Below, piece by piece: positions 18,226-26,267 of a DNA stretch of 32,000 bases. The notes under the pieces were generated by a model. That model did no database searches. It was not told the origin of the DNA and worked only from the letters and a program-made list of their open reading frames with translations. This DNA comes from Pseudoalteromonas tetraodonis (lineage in GTDB: Bacteria > Pseudomonadota > Gammaproteobacteria > Enterobacterales > Alteromonadaceae), in assembly GCF_002310835.1 (NCBI RefSeq), contig NZ_CP011041.1, positions 1,350,001 through 1,382,000 of the forward strand. Reading direction: 5' to 3'. Numbering within the stretch: position 1 is the stretch's first letter; every line of letters starts with the position of its first letter. The translations under genes were made by a program, and so were the position numbers.

Positions 18226-18385
18226 TACTTTTATTATGTTGCTCTTTATCGTCTTCAAACAAAATACTGTGGCCTTGCTTGTTTAAATCAGAGAATTGCT
18301 CGCCTTTTACTGCCCAAAAAAACACGCCAATGGCAATTAGTACAAACAAGATAGCGATAGGAACTAAAATATAAATTATGCTCAT
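18218..18385 (-). CDS. ccoS: cbb3-type cytochrome oxidase assembly protein CcoS (55 aa)
   Basis: This gene is absent from the ORF track because it is under 60 aa. My hand translation is MSIIYILVPIAILFVLIAIGVFFWAVKGEQFSDLNKQGHSILFEDDKEQHNKSND*. It has the typical FixS/CcoS single TM segment plus a 'W..K.GQF.DL' signature. Its ATG overlaps the ccoI stop (ATGA at 18382-18385). Confidence 0.85.
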   Translation of the reverse strand: MSIIYILVPIAILFVLIAIGVFFWAVKGEQFSDLNKQGHSILFEDDKEQHNKSND

Positions 18386-20754
18386 AACTTTAATAGCCTT
18401 AGTGAATTACATATCACAATAATAGAGCTGGCAGACATACCAATTACCGCCATCCAAGGCGCAACTAAACCCATAGCAGCAAGCGGTAATATAGAGCCAT
18501 TATATAATAAAGAAAGCGCTAGGTTTTGCTTAATTATACGCCGTGTTTGCTTAGCAATAGTCAACAAATGATCAATAGAGGCTAAATCACTGTTAAGCAG
18601 CACAACATCGGCACTGTTTTTAGAGATATCAGCTCCTGTTTCCATGGCAATTGATAAGTGGGCACTAGCAAATACTGGGCTGTCATTTACGCCATCGCCA
18701 ACCATAGCAACAACTTCGCCTTGGGTTGACCAATGATCAACGGCGTCTTGTTTATCTTTGGGACTACAACTGGCTTGTACTGAATCAAGCTTTAATTTTT
18801 TAGCCACCTTGGCACCGGCATCTGAGGCGTCACCTGTTAGCATATGACAACTTAGATTGGCAGCCTTTAACGAGTTAATGAGTTTATCGGCATCTGTTTT
18901 TACTTTATCAACAAAGTAAAAGCGTGCAACGGGTTGCTTGTTTATGTAAAGGGTAGCTTGCGCATTGGTTTTTTTGGTATCAAACCAGCCACTTTTACCA
19001 ATGGCGTAATGCGTATTATCGTATTGAGCACTGATCCCAACCCCTGGATGGAGCTGTACATCGTCAAATTTACGCTGACCTTTAAACTCTTTAAAGGCAC
19101 TAGCAATAGGGTGCTCAGAATAGCTCTCAAGCTGTGCTGCAATATCAAGAATTTGCTCTTTGCTGTAGTTATCATCAAGTATGTCAACAACATCGAGGCT
19201 AAATTTACCTTGCGTAAGCGTACCGGTTTTATCAAAAGCAACTAAAGTAAGCTTTGAGAGTGTTTCGAGCACATGTGCTTGCTTAATTAATATACCTTTA
19301 CGAGTTAAGGTAGCCACAGCACACGTTAACGCGGTTGGAATAGCTAAACTTAATGCGCACGGGCAGGTGGCCACTAACACCGATATAGTGATCCAAAAAG
19401 CGACATCAGGGTCAATTTGATACCAGCCAATGGCGGTTAGAGAGGCAAATACCAGTAATACGGCAACAAACCACTGCGCTACTTTGTCGGTAATTTCTAC
19501 TAACCGTGGGCGTTTTGTTAGGGCATTATGTTGCAGGCGAATAATTTGATTAAGCAGGGTATTTTGGCCCAGCTTATTGATTTTTATTTCAATAATACCA
19601 TCATGATTAACCGTGCCCGCATACACGTTATGATCAATATACTTTCGTACTGGCTGATGTTCACCAGTCATCATAGACTCATCAACACTGGTGCTGCCTT
19701 TGACTAAGATGCCATCGGCAGGGATAGTTTCGCCTGCTTTTATTAAAACGATATCGTTAAGCTTGAGCTTTTTAGCGGCAATTATGTGCTCTTTGCCGTT
19801 TTCATCGAGTGTACGGGCTGTCAGTGGCAGTAGCTTTTGTAAGTTGGCTGTAAATTCACTGGCCTTTAAGCGCGCTCTAAATTCTAAGTATTTACCTAAT
19901 AAGAGTAAAAAGGTAAACATACAAATAGATTCAAAGTAAACTTCACCGACTTCCATTACCGTGGCGTAACAGCTTGCACCATAGGCACCAAAAATCGCCA
20001 ATGATACCGGTAAATCCATATTCAGTTGTTTTGCTTTTAAGCCGTTAATTGCATTAATTAAAAAGGGCAGGGCGCTGTATAAAATAACGGGCGTTGCAAG
20101 GATCAAGCTGATCCATCTAAAGTACTGTTCAAAGTTGCTGTCCATCCCAGAGAACATACCAAAGTACATAGCAAAGGCAAACATCATCACTTGCATGGTC
20201 ATTAAGCCTGCCACGCCGAGGCGGCGAATATAGGCTTTAGCTGTTTGTTGTTTTTGCTGGGCTTCTAAATCTGATTGGAATGGATAGGCTTTGTAGCCTA
20301 TTTCAGCCAGTGAGGTGATTAGCTCACTTAAAGGGGTTGCGCTTTTATCCCATTGGATCATAGCGCGATTAGTTGAGGTGTTTACATCAACGCGCTTTAC
20401 CGATTTAAGGTTAAGTAATTGCTTTTCAATAAGCCAGGCACAGGCGGCGCAGGTAATGCCCTCAACACTGAGAAGCACCTCAGAGTTGTCGTTATGCGTA
20501 CTGATAAACCCATCTTGAATATCTTCATTGTCATAGCTTTTAATAAAAGCGAGTTGTTCAGGGACGAGTTGCTCTACTTTACCGGCACTAACAGTGCGAT
20601 ATTTGTAGTAGTCGGTCATCCCTTGGTCAATGATATTTTGTGCAACAGCTTGGCAGCCAATGCAACACATTGGCTCAGCGGTATTGTCTATAACAACATG
20701 TGCGCTAAATCCAGCAGGCACACTTTCAAGACAATGAAAGCAATTTTTAGACAT
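18382..20754 (-). CDS. ccoI: Copper-translocating P1B-type ATPase CcoI/FixI
   Basis: The N-terminus has the Cys-rich 'CFHC...CCIGC' followed by HMA 'GITCAACA'. The TM region carries the 'CPC' motif, with 'DKTGTLT' and 'GDGVNDSP' also present. The gene sits between ccoH and ccoS. Confidence 0.93.
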   Translation of the reverse strand: MSKNCFHCLESVPAGFSAHVVIDNTAEPMCCIGCQAVAQNIIDQGMTDYYKYRTVSAGKVEQLVPEQLAFIKSYDNEDIQDGFISTHNDNSEVLLSVEGITCAACAWLIEKQLLNLKSVKRVDVNTSTNRAMIQWDKSATPLSELITSLAEIGYKAYPFQSDLEAQQKQQTAKAYIRRLGVAGLMTMQVMMFAFAMYFGMFSGMDSNFEQYFRWISLILATPVILYSALPFLINAINGLKAKQLNMDLPVSLAIFGAYGASCYATVMEVGEVYFESICMFTFLLLLGKYLEFRARLKASEFTANLQKLLPLTARTLDENGKEHIIAAKKLKLNDIVLIKAGETIPADGILVKGSTSVDESMMTGEHQPVRKYIDHNVYAGTVNHDGIIEIKINKLGQNTLLNQIIRLQHNALTKRPRLVEITDKVAQWFVAVLLVFASLTAIGWYQIDPDVAFWITISVLVATCPCALSLAIPTALTCAVATLTRKGILIKQAHVLETLSKLTLVAFDKTGTLTQGKFSLDVVDILDDNYSKEQILDIAAQLESYSEHPIASAFKEFKGQRKFDDVQLHPGVGISAQYDNTHYAIGKSGWFDTKKTNAQATLYINKQPVARFYFVDKVKTDADKLINSLKAANLSCHMLTGDASDAGAKVAKKLKLDSVQASCSPKDKQDAVDHWSTQGEVVAMVGDGVNDSPVFASAHLSIAMETGADISKNSADVVLLNSDLASIDHLLTIAKQTRRIIKQNLALSLLYNGSILPLAAMGLVAPWMAVIGMSASSIIVICNSLRLLKL

Positions 20755-20762
20755 ACTAAATA

Positions 20763-21254
20763 CTACTTATAGTTAGGAGTCACTAAAACGGTGGCGGTGG
20801 TTGGTAAACTAACGTTTTCTTTCATTTTCCAACTGTTATCAACGGGTTCAATAAACACCGAATATGCGCCTGGTGTATAGCTTTCTAATAATGCAGTGAA
20901 CTCTTGATTAGCATTTGGGGTGAGGGTTGCCTCAAAATCGTGCGCTTTTATAGTACGGTGAAAAAACGACAATCTTAATGCGTGTATATTACTGGTATCG
21001 CCTTTGGTAAATTTAAAGCTTACACGCTCATCTGATACATTTAGGTCGCCATGTAAATACAACGCTTTTGCTTTATCAAACTTAACGAGTTCTAAGTTGA
21101 TTGCTTTGCCTTTTTTATAGTAATCATCTACAACCATATCTGGGCCGTTACCAATGGCAGTAATAAATAAACTAATGCAGCCAATAATTGCAGCTAAAGG
21201 AAAGAAGATTAAAAACCAAGGCCAAAAATTTTTATACCACGGAGTCGGTTGCAT
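20763..21254 (-). CDS. ccoH: FixH/CcoH-family cbb3 oxidase assembly protein
   Basis: The protein is 163 aa, with a single N-terminal TM segment 'FWPWFLIFFPLAAIIGCISLFITAI' followed by a beta-rich periplasmic domain. It lies immediately upstream of ccoI with an 8-nt gap. Confidence 0.78.
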   Translation of the reverse strand: MQPTPWYKNFWPWFLIFFPLAAIIGCISLFITAIGNGPDMVVDDYYKKGKAINLELVKFDKAKALYLHGDLNVSDERVSFKFTKGDTSNIHALRLSFFHRTIKAHDFEATLTPNANQEFTALLESYTPGAYSVFIEPVDNSWKMKENVSLPTTATVLVTPNYK

Positions 21255-21286
21255 AGTCGCTCTAAAATTAATTAATGTGCGGCTAT

Positions 21287-21292
21287 ATTATA
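21287..21292 (-). promoter_or_regulatory. Candidate -10 hexamer (TATAAT on the minus strand) for ccoH-ccoI-ccoS
   Basis: A perfect TATAAT lies about 33 nt upstream of the ccoH ATG and downstream of the ccoP terminator. The -35 is poor (ttagtc, 16-nt spacer). Confidence 0.3.
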
Positions 21293-21312
21293 ATAAATAG
21301 AATGAAAAGACT

Positions 21313-21342
21313 AAAAAAAAGCCTCCGAGTGGAGGCTTTTTT
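21313..21342 (-). terminator. Rho-independent terminator after ccoNOQP (bidirectional in form)
   Basis: The stem is gcctcc-gagt-ggaggc, flanked by A8 (21313-21320) and T6 (21337-42). The minus-strand transcript therefore gets a hairpin followed by U8. Confidence 0.85.
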
Positions 21343-21403
21343 GATCTGAATTAATCTACTGAAATAAAAAGATTAAAACTGAAACGTTTTGTTAACTTTA
21401 TCG

Positions 21404-22438
21404 TTATTTATCTTGCGATAAGCTGTAAACGTAAGCAGTTAATAGGTGAATTTTATCTTCGCCTAAAATCTCTTTCCATGCAGGCATTACACCAGCACGG
21501 CCATGGTTAAGTGTTTCTTCAACAGCGCGTTGAGAGCCACCGTATAACCAAATGTTATCAGTTAAGTTTGGTGCACCAAACGGTAGGTTATGGGCAACTG
21601 AGCCTTTACCATCTGGACCATGACACGCAGCACACATAGCAAATTTTGCTTTACCTGCATCGGCATCTTTTTGGTTAACAGTACGGCCAGATAGGCTAAG
21701 TACGTAAGCCGTCATTTCTTTAACGCCTTGCTCACCTAATGCATCACCCCAAGGTGGCATTGCTGCAACACGACCTAAAAGTAATGTTTCTCTGATCTTG
21801 TCAGGAGAACCACCGTACAACCAATCGTTGTCAGTAAGGTTAGGGAAGCCAGTACCACCACGAGCATCAGAGCCATGACATTGTGCACAGTTTTGTGAGA
21901 ACAAACGTTGACCAATTTCAACTGCGAGTTGACCTTGAGTTTGCTCATGTTTAGTGCCGTTTTCTAGCGCAACTTGCTGTGCTGCATCACCAGCAAATTT
22001 AGACTCTACTAAATCTAGAACAGGTATTTGAGCCAATTCATTAAAAATAGGACCAAAACGTTCTTCAGCAGCGCGGTATTCAGCATCTAGCTTTACAAAA
22101 CGGCCATCTTCTTTCGCTTCAATGACTGCTTCTTTCGATTCAGTTAAAGAGGTAATACCTTGGTTTGAGCTTGTCCATTTTGCTAGACCTTCCCAATTAC
22201 CTAAACCTGGGTAGGCTGCTAAGTAATAAACAGACCACACAAACGTTGCGAAGAACATGTAAGTCCACCATTTCGGTAGTGGATTGTTTAATTCTTGAAT
22301 GCCGTCAAACTCATGTCCACAGCTTTCACCTTCTTTTACACCTACATAGTTTTTTAAGTTCCAAACTAGTAGACCAAAGATAATGATTAAGCATGCAAGG
22401 GTTAATACAATAACCCATATACTCCAAAAGCTAGTCAT
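21404..22438 (-). CDS. ccoP: cbb3-type cytochrome c oxidase subunit III (diheme CcoP)
   Basis: The protein has an N-terminal TM segment and two heme c sites, 'CAQCHG' and 'CAACHG'. Its start overlaps the ccoQ stop by 4 nt. Confidence 0.93.
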   Translation of the reverse strand: MTSFWSIWVIVLTLACLIIIFGLLVWNLKNYVGVKEGESCGHEFDGIQELNNPLPKWWTYMFFATFVWSVYYLAAYPGLGNWEGLAKWTSSNQGITSLTESKEAVIEAKEDGRFVKLDAEYRAAEERFGPIFNELAQIPVLDLVESKFAGDAAQQVALENGTKHEQTQGQLAVEIGQRLFSQNCAQCHGSDARGGTGFPNLTDNDWLYGGSPDKIRETLLLGRVAAMPPWGDALGEQGVKEMTAYVLSLSGRTVNQKDADAGKAKFAMCAACHGPDGKGSVAHNLPFGAPNLTDNIWLYGGSQRAVEETLNHGRAGVMPAWKEILGEDKIHLLTAYVYSLSQDK

Positions 22439-22620
22439 TTCTCAGACCCCTTTTCCTCGTTAGAGAGTGTATTGTTGTGTTTTTTTTCATCTTCAAATAT
22501 GACATTAGCAGCGTCTTTAAAACGACTTTTACTACGCTTGCTATATGCCCATCCAACAATCACAATAAATAATACTAAAATTACCAGAGTCAAAATGCCT
22601 CTGTATGTCCCGTAGTCCAT
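22435..22620 (-). CDS. ccoQ: cbb3-type cytochrome c oxidase subunit IV (CcoQ/FixQ)
   Basis: This is a 61-aa single-TM protein, 'GILTLVILVLFIVIVGWAY', located between ccoO and ccoP. Confidence 0.85.
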   Translation of the reverse strand: MDYGTYRGILTLVILVLFIVIVGWAYSKRSKSRFKDAANVIFEDEKKHNNTLSNEEKGSEK

Positions 22621-22626
22621 AATAAT

Positions 22627-23301
22627 CTACTTCAAATGTGTGCCAAGTTGTTGCAAATAAGCGATAAGGGCTTGCATTTCTGTTGCACCTTTACCGTCAT
22701 TCATTGCATCAACCTTAGCAATGTCAGCGATTAATTCCTCGTCACTGCCATAACCTAGACCCGGGTGTTTTGGGTTTTCTGGATTAATAGCAAACGTGTC
22801 ACGGAAAATTTGTAGTTTTTTCAGAGTCAGACTTGTATCAAGCGTGTTCTCTGCTAACCAAGGGAAACCTGGCATATTAGACTCAGGAACCACGGCACGT
22901 GGATCCATTAAGTGCGCATAATGCCAATCATCTGAGTAACGTTTACCTACTCGTGCTAAGTCAGGGCCAGTACGTTTAGAACCCCAAAGGAAAGGGTGAT
23001 CCCATACTGACTCGCCTGCTACAGAGTAGTGACCGTAACGCTCAACTTCATCACGAAATGGACGGATCATTTGAGAGTGACAGTTAGCACAACCTTCACG
23101 TACATAAATGTCGCGACCTTCAAACTCTAGTGCGTTTAACGGGCGTAACCCATCCACTGGCTTGGTTGTATCGTCTTGGAACATTAGCGGCGTAATTTCT
23201 ACTAATGCACCGAAGCTGATTGCGAAAACAGTCAAGATGGCCATGAGGCCAATGTTTTTCTCGATAATTTCGTGTTTGTTTTGTGAATTTTTATTGCTCA
23301 T
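22627..23301 (-). CDS. ccoO: cbb3-type cytochrome c oxidase subunit II (monoheme CcoO)
   Basis: The protein has an N-terminal TM anchor, the '[12 protein letters not shown]' heme c site and 'GPDLARVG'. Confidence 0.95.
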   Translation of the reverse strand: MSNKNSQNKHEIIEKNIGLMAILTVFAISFGALVEITPLMFQDDTTKPVDGLRPLNALEFEGRDIYVREGCANCHSQMIRPFRDEVERYGHYSVAGESVWDHPFLWGSKRTGPDLARVGKRYSDDWHYAHLMDPRAVVPESNMPGFPWLAENTLDTSLTLKKLQIFRDTFAINPENPKHPGLGYGSDEELIADIAKVDAMNDGKGATEMQALIAYLQQLGTHLK

Positions 23302-23313
23302 TATCTAACTCCG

Positions 23314-24747
23314 TTATGCTAACTGCGCTTGTTCATCAAGTTCTAACGAGTTATTTTTCGCTGAAACTGTACGATAAACGTTATAAGCCATAACCAGCAT
23401 ACCTGTAACGATGAATACACCGCCTAAGAAACGCATAACATAGAAAGGATGAGAGGCTTCTAACGACTGTACAAAGCTGTACATTAATGTACCGTCAGAG
23501 TTAACTGCACGCCACATTAGACCTTGCATTACACCTGAAATCCACATTGCAACAATGTATAAAACAACACCCACTGTGTGTAACCAGAAGTGTGTATTGA
23601 TTAATTTAATGCTGTACATACGACCTTGCGAGAATAACGCAGGGATAAGGTGGTAAATAGCACCGATAGAAATCATCGCAACCCAACCTAATGCACCTGA
23701 GTGAACGTGACCTACAGTCCAATCTGTGTAGTGCGATAACGCATTAACAGATTTAATTGCCATCATCGGGCCTTCAAACGTCGACATACCGTAGAAAGAC
23801 AATGAAACCACTAAGAAACGTAAAACAGGGTCAGTACGTAGCTTATGCCATGCACCTGAGAGCGTCATAATACCGTTGATCATACCACCCCAAGACGGTA
23901 CGAATAAGATAATAGACATCACCATACCTAAGCTTTGCGTCCAATCAGGAAGCGCAGTGTAGTGAAGGTGGTGAGGACCTGCCCAAATGTAAAGAGAGAT
24001 AAGTGCCCAAAAGTGAACAACCGACAAACGGTATGAATAAACAGGGCGACCCGCTTGCTTTGGTACAAAGTAATACATCATACCCAAGAAACCCGCAGTT
24101 AGAAGGAAGCCTACTGCGTTGTGGCCATACCACCACTGAACCATTGCATCTACGGCACCTGCATAGATTGAATATGATTTAGTCAATGAGACTGGGACTG
24201 CCATGCTGTTAACAATATGTAGAACAGCAACGGTAATAATGAAACCAGCATAGAACCAGTTAGCTACATAAATATGCGCTACTTTGCGTTTTGCAATAGT
24301 GCCCATAAATACAATAGCGTAAGTTACCCAAACAACAGCAATTAAGATATCGATTGGCCACTCAAGTTCTGCATACTCTTTAGAACTTGAAATACCCATA
24401 GGTAGAGTAATTGCTGCTAGAACAATAACTAACTGCCAACCCCAAAAGGTAAAGGCGGCTAATTTGTCTGAAAGAAGGCGCGTTTGACATGTACGTTGTA
24501 CGACGTAATAAGACGTCGCAAAAAGTGCACTTGTACCAAATGCGAAAATTACTGCGTTCGTGTGTAACGGACGAAGTCGAGAGTAAGTTAACCATGGTGT
24601 GTCAAAGTTAAGAGCTGGCCAAGCTAATTGGGCAGCTATCAGAACCCCAATACCCATGCCAACGATGCCCCAAATCACTGTCATAATAGCGAATTGGCGT
24701 ACAACTTTATAATTGTACTCAGTTTGTGATGCTACTGTTTGGCTCAT
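23314..24747 (-). CDS. ccoN: cbb3-type cytochrome c oxidase subunit I (CcoN)
   Basis: This is a 477-aa polytopic heme-copper oxidase subunit. It carries conserved His-containing segments '[14 protein letters not shown]', '[10 protein letters not shown]', 'GPHHLHYTA' and '[13 protein letters not shown]'. Confidence 0.97.
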   Translation of the reverse strand: MSQTVASQTEYNYKVVRQFAIMTVIWGIVGMGIGVLIAAQLAWPALNFDTPWLTYSRLRPLHTNAVIFAFGTSALFATSYYVVQRTCQTRLLSDKLAAFTFWGWQLVIVLAAITLPMGISSSKEYAELEWPIDILIAVVWVTYAIVFMGTIAKRKVAHIYVANWFYAGFIITVAVLHIVNSMAVPVSLTKSYSIYAGAVDAMVQWWYGHNAVGFLLTAGFLGMMYYFVPKQAGRPVYSYRLSVVHFWALISLYIWAGPHHLHYTALPDWTQSLGMVMSIILFVPSWGGMINGIMTLSGAWHKLRTDPVLRFLVVSLSFYGMSTFEGPMMAIKSVNALSHYTDWTVGHVHSGALGWVAMISIGAIYHLIPALFSQGRMYSIKLINTHFWLHTVGVVLYIVAMWISGVMQGLMWRAVNSDGTLMYSFVQSLEASHPFYVMRFLGGVFIVTGMLVMAYNVYRTVSAKNNSLELDEQAQLA

Positions 24748-24950
24748 TTTCTGGCTTCCGCTGCAATAAATGCGTTTAGAAATGAATTACCTACTTGTAA
24801 AAGTAGGACCTACTATTATTCCAAAGTATACTATCTAAAACCCACAATATGTGGTTGTTAAAGATAATAATCTCAAGAAATACTTGTTTTTTTTGCGGTT
24901 GAAATGATAAATTTTTTGGCCTTAAAAAGATAGGTCAATTGCGTAATAAT

Positions 24951-24964
24951 ATGACATCAATCAA
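24951..24964. promoter_or_regulatory. Weak FNR/Anr-box candidate upstream of ccoN (atgac-atca-atcaa)
   Basis: The site matches TTGAT-N4-ATCAA at 8/10 positions, with the TGA-N6-TCA core intact. It lies about 210 nt upstream of the ccoN ATG. The spacing to any -10-like hexamer is imperfect. Confidence 0.25.
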
Positions 24965-25084
24965 ACTTTATTAACTTGCTGTCTATTTTTTGAGGTGATT
25001 TGTACCTTACTTGCCCATTAAAGCCGATAATCAACCAACGTGCCCAAATGTTGGGCTAATACATTAGATACTTTGAGAACCTGC

Positions 25085-25513
25085 ATGTATATATATAGAG
25101 TATGTTTACTTTCTTTTCTACTATTCTTACTAGGTTGTGACTTTTCTGGATCAACATCAACACCAAAAGTAAATCAATCACAAACAGAGTGTAAAAATAA
25201 CAACCCGTGTATTTTTCCAAATCAAGTTAAAGTTTGGCTAAGCGAAGAAACCCTATCACCAGAGACACCGTTTTCAATTTACACTCAGTTACCGACTGGT
25301 GTAACAATAACTGCAGCTAAATTAGAAGGCGTTAGCATGTATATGGGTTACATTCCCGTACAATTTAAAAATCAGGGCAGCGTTTGGGTAGCTAATACTA
25401 TGGTAGGGATTTGCTCAGAAAAAAACATGGTGTGGAAGCTTATTCTTACTACTGTCGATACAAACACTGGCATAAGTGAAAATGTTGAATATTTTTTTAA
25501 CGTTACCTATTAA
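25085..25513 (+). CDS. Small lipoprotein, divergent from ccoN (possible YtkA/FixH-like fold)
   Basis: ATG 25085 gives 'MYIYRVCLLSFLLFLLGC', a signal peptide plus an LLGC lipobox. The mature protein is about 125 aa and beta-rich, with 'EGVSMYMGYIPVQF'. The track's GTG 25040 extension looks spurious. Confidence 0.62.
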   Translation: MYIYRVCLLSFLLFLLGCDFSGSTSTPKVNQSQTECKNNNPCIFPNQVKVWLSEETLSPETPFSIYTQLPTGVTITAAKLEGVSMYMGYIPVQFKNQGSVWVANTMVGICSEKNMVWKLILTTVDTNTGISENVEYFFNVTY

Positions 25514-26154
25514 AGGCTTTCTACTCAGGCGTGGTTTTTAACTGCGCCATTCCCGTAAAATTATAGCGGCAAAGCCAAATGCCTCACATTTAATAGTTAT
25601 CTGCAATTAAAGTCTATCTGATAAAATAACCATTCTTAATATAGCTTTTACATATCCATTTACCTTCCAAGTTTATAACTTAAGCTCTGCTTGGCTTACT
25701 TATTCAATTGTGCTCATACGTGCAATAAAGCACCCATGTCATTAATATGTAGATTTATCTAATGGATCCACTTTGATAGCCGTTTTTAGTTTAATTGGCA
25801 GCCCGTCTTAAACCTTCAATACACATAAAATTTGCATGATTAAAACTTATAACAAAAAAATCAGACTAAATAAACAATCTACTTGCATAAATATGGTTAG
25901 TAATTAACACCTAGTTTTACCGTTTTAATAACGAGCTGTGATTAACATGTTAATTTTCCTGTTTAGGGCACATTATTGTAATAATTACATTTGATTACAA
26001 ACTCTACTCATTTGATTTCAGCTGTGTTTTTTATGTGATTGCTTGGTCTTTAGTTTATGATTTCTAAATGTTTTTATTAATTAACAATGAAACATACTGT
26101 AACCTTTGTTCCTTTCGTGGGACGTCTTAATTTTCATTGATTGCATAGTGATCG

Positions 26155-26176
26155 TTCGTTAAGTTTTCGTTCAGTT
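26155..26176 (+). repeat. Adjacent 11-bp direct repeat ttcgttaagtt / ttcgttcagtt upstream of the TonB-dependent receptor
   Basis: The two copies are 10/11 identical and abut each other, giving one-helical-turn periodicity. They lie 92-113 nt upstream of the receptor ATG. Binding by a regulator is inference only. Confidence 0.3.
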
Positions 26177-26267
26177 AAAGGCGCCTAAGTTGCTCCCGCT
26201 CACTCAAAATTCTCATAAAAGTGAGCATTACCAATTTAGGTAAATTTTCAACAAGTAGGGTTCATCC

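Noticed and set aside
25620-25638. A Fur-box-like AT-rich sequence, gataaaataaccattctta, far upstream of the TonB-dependent receptor.
   Set aside because: It aligns to GATAATGATAATCATTATC only if a 1-nt gap is introduced, giving about 14/19. It lies about 640 nt from the receptor start. AT-rich background makes such matches likely by chance.
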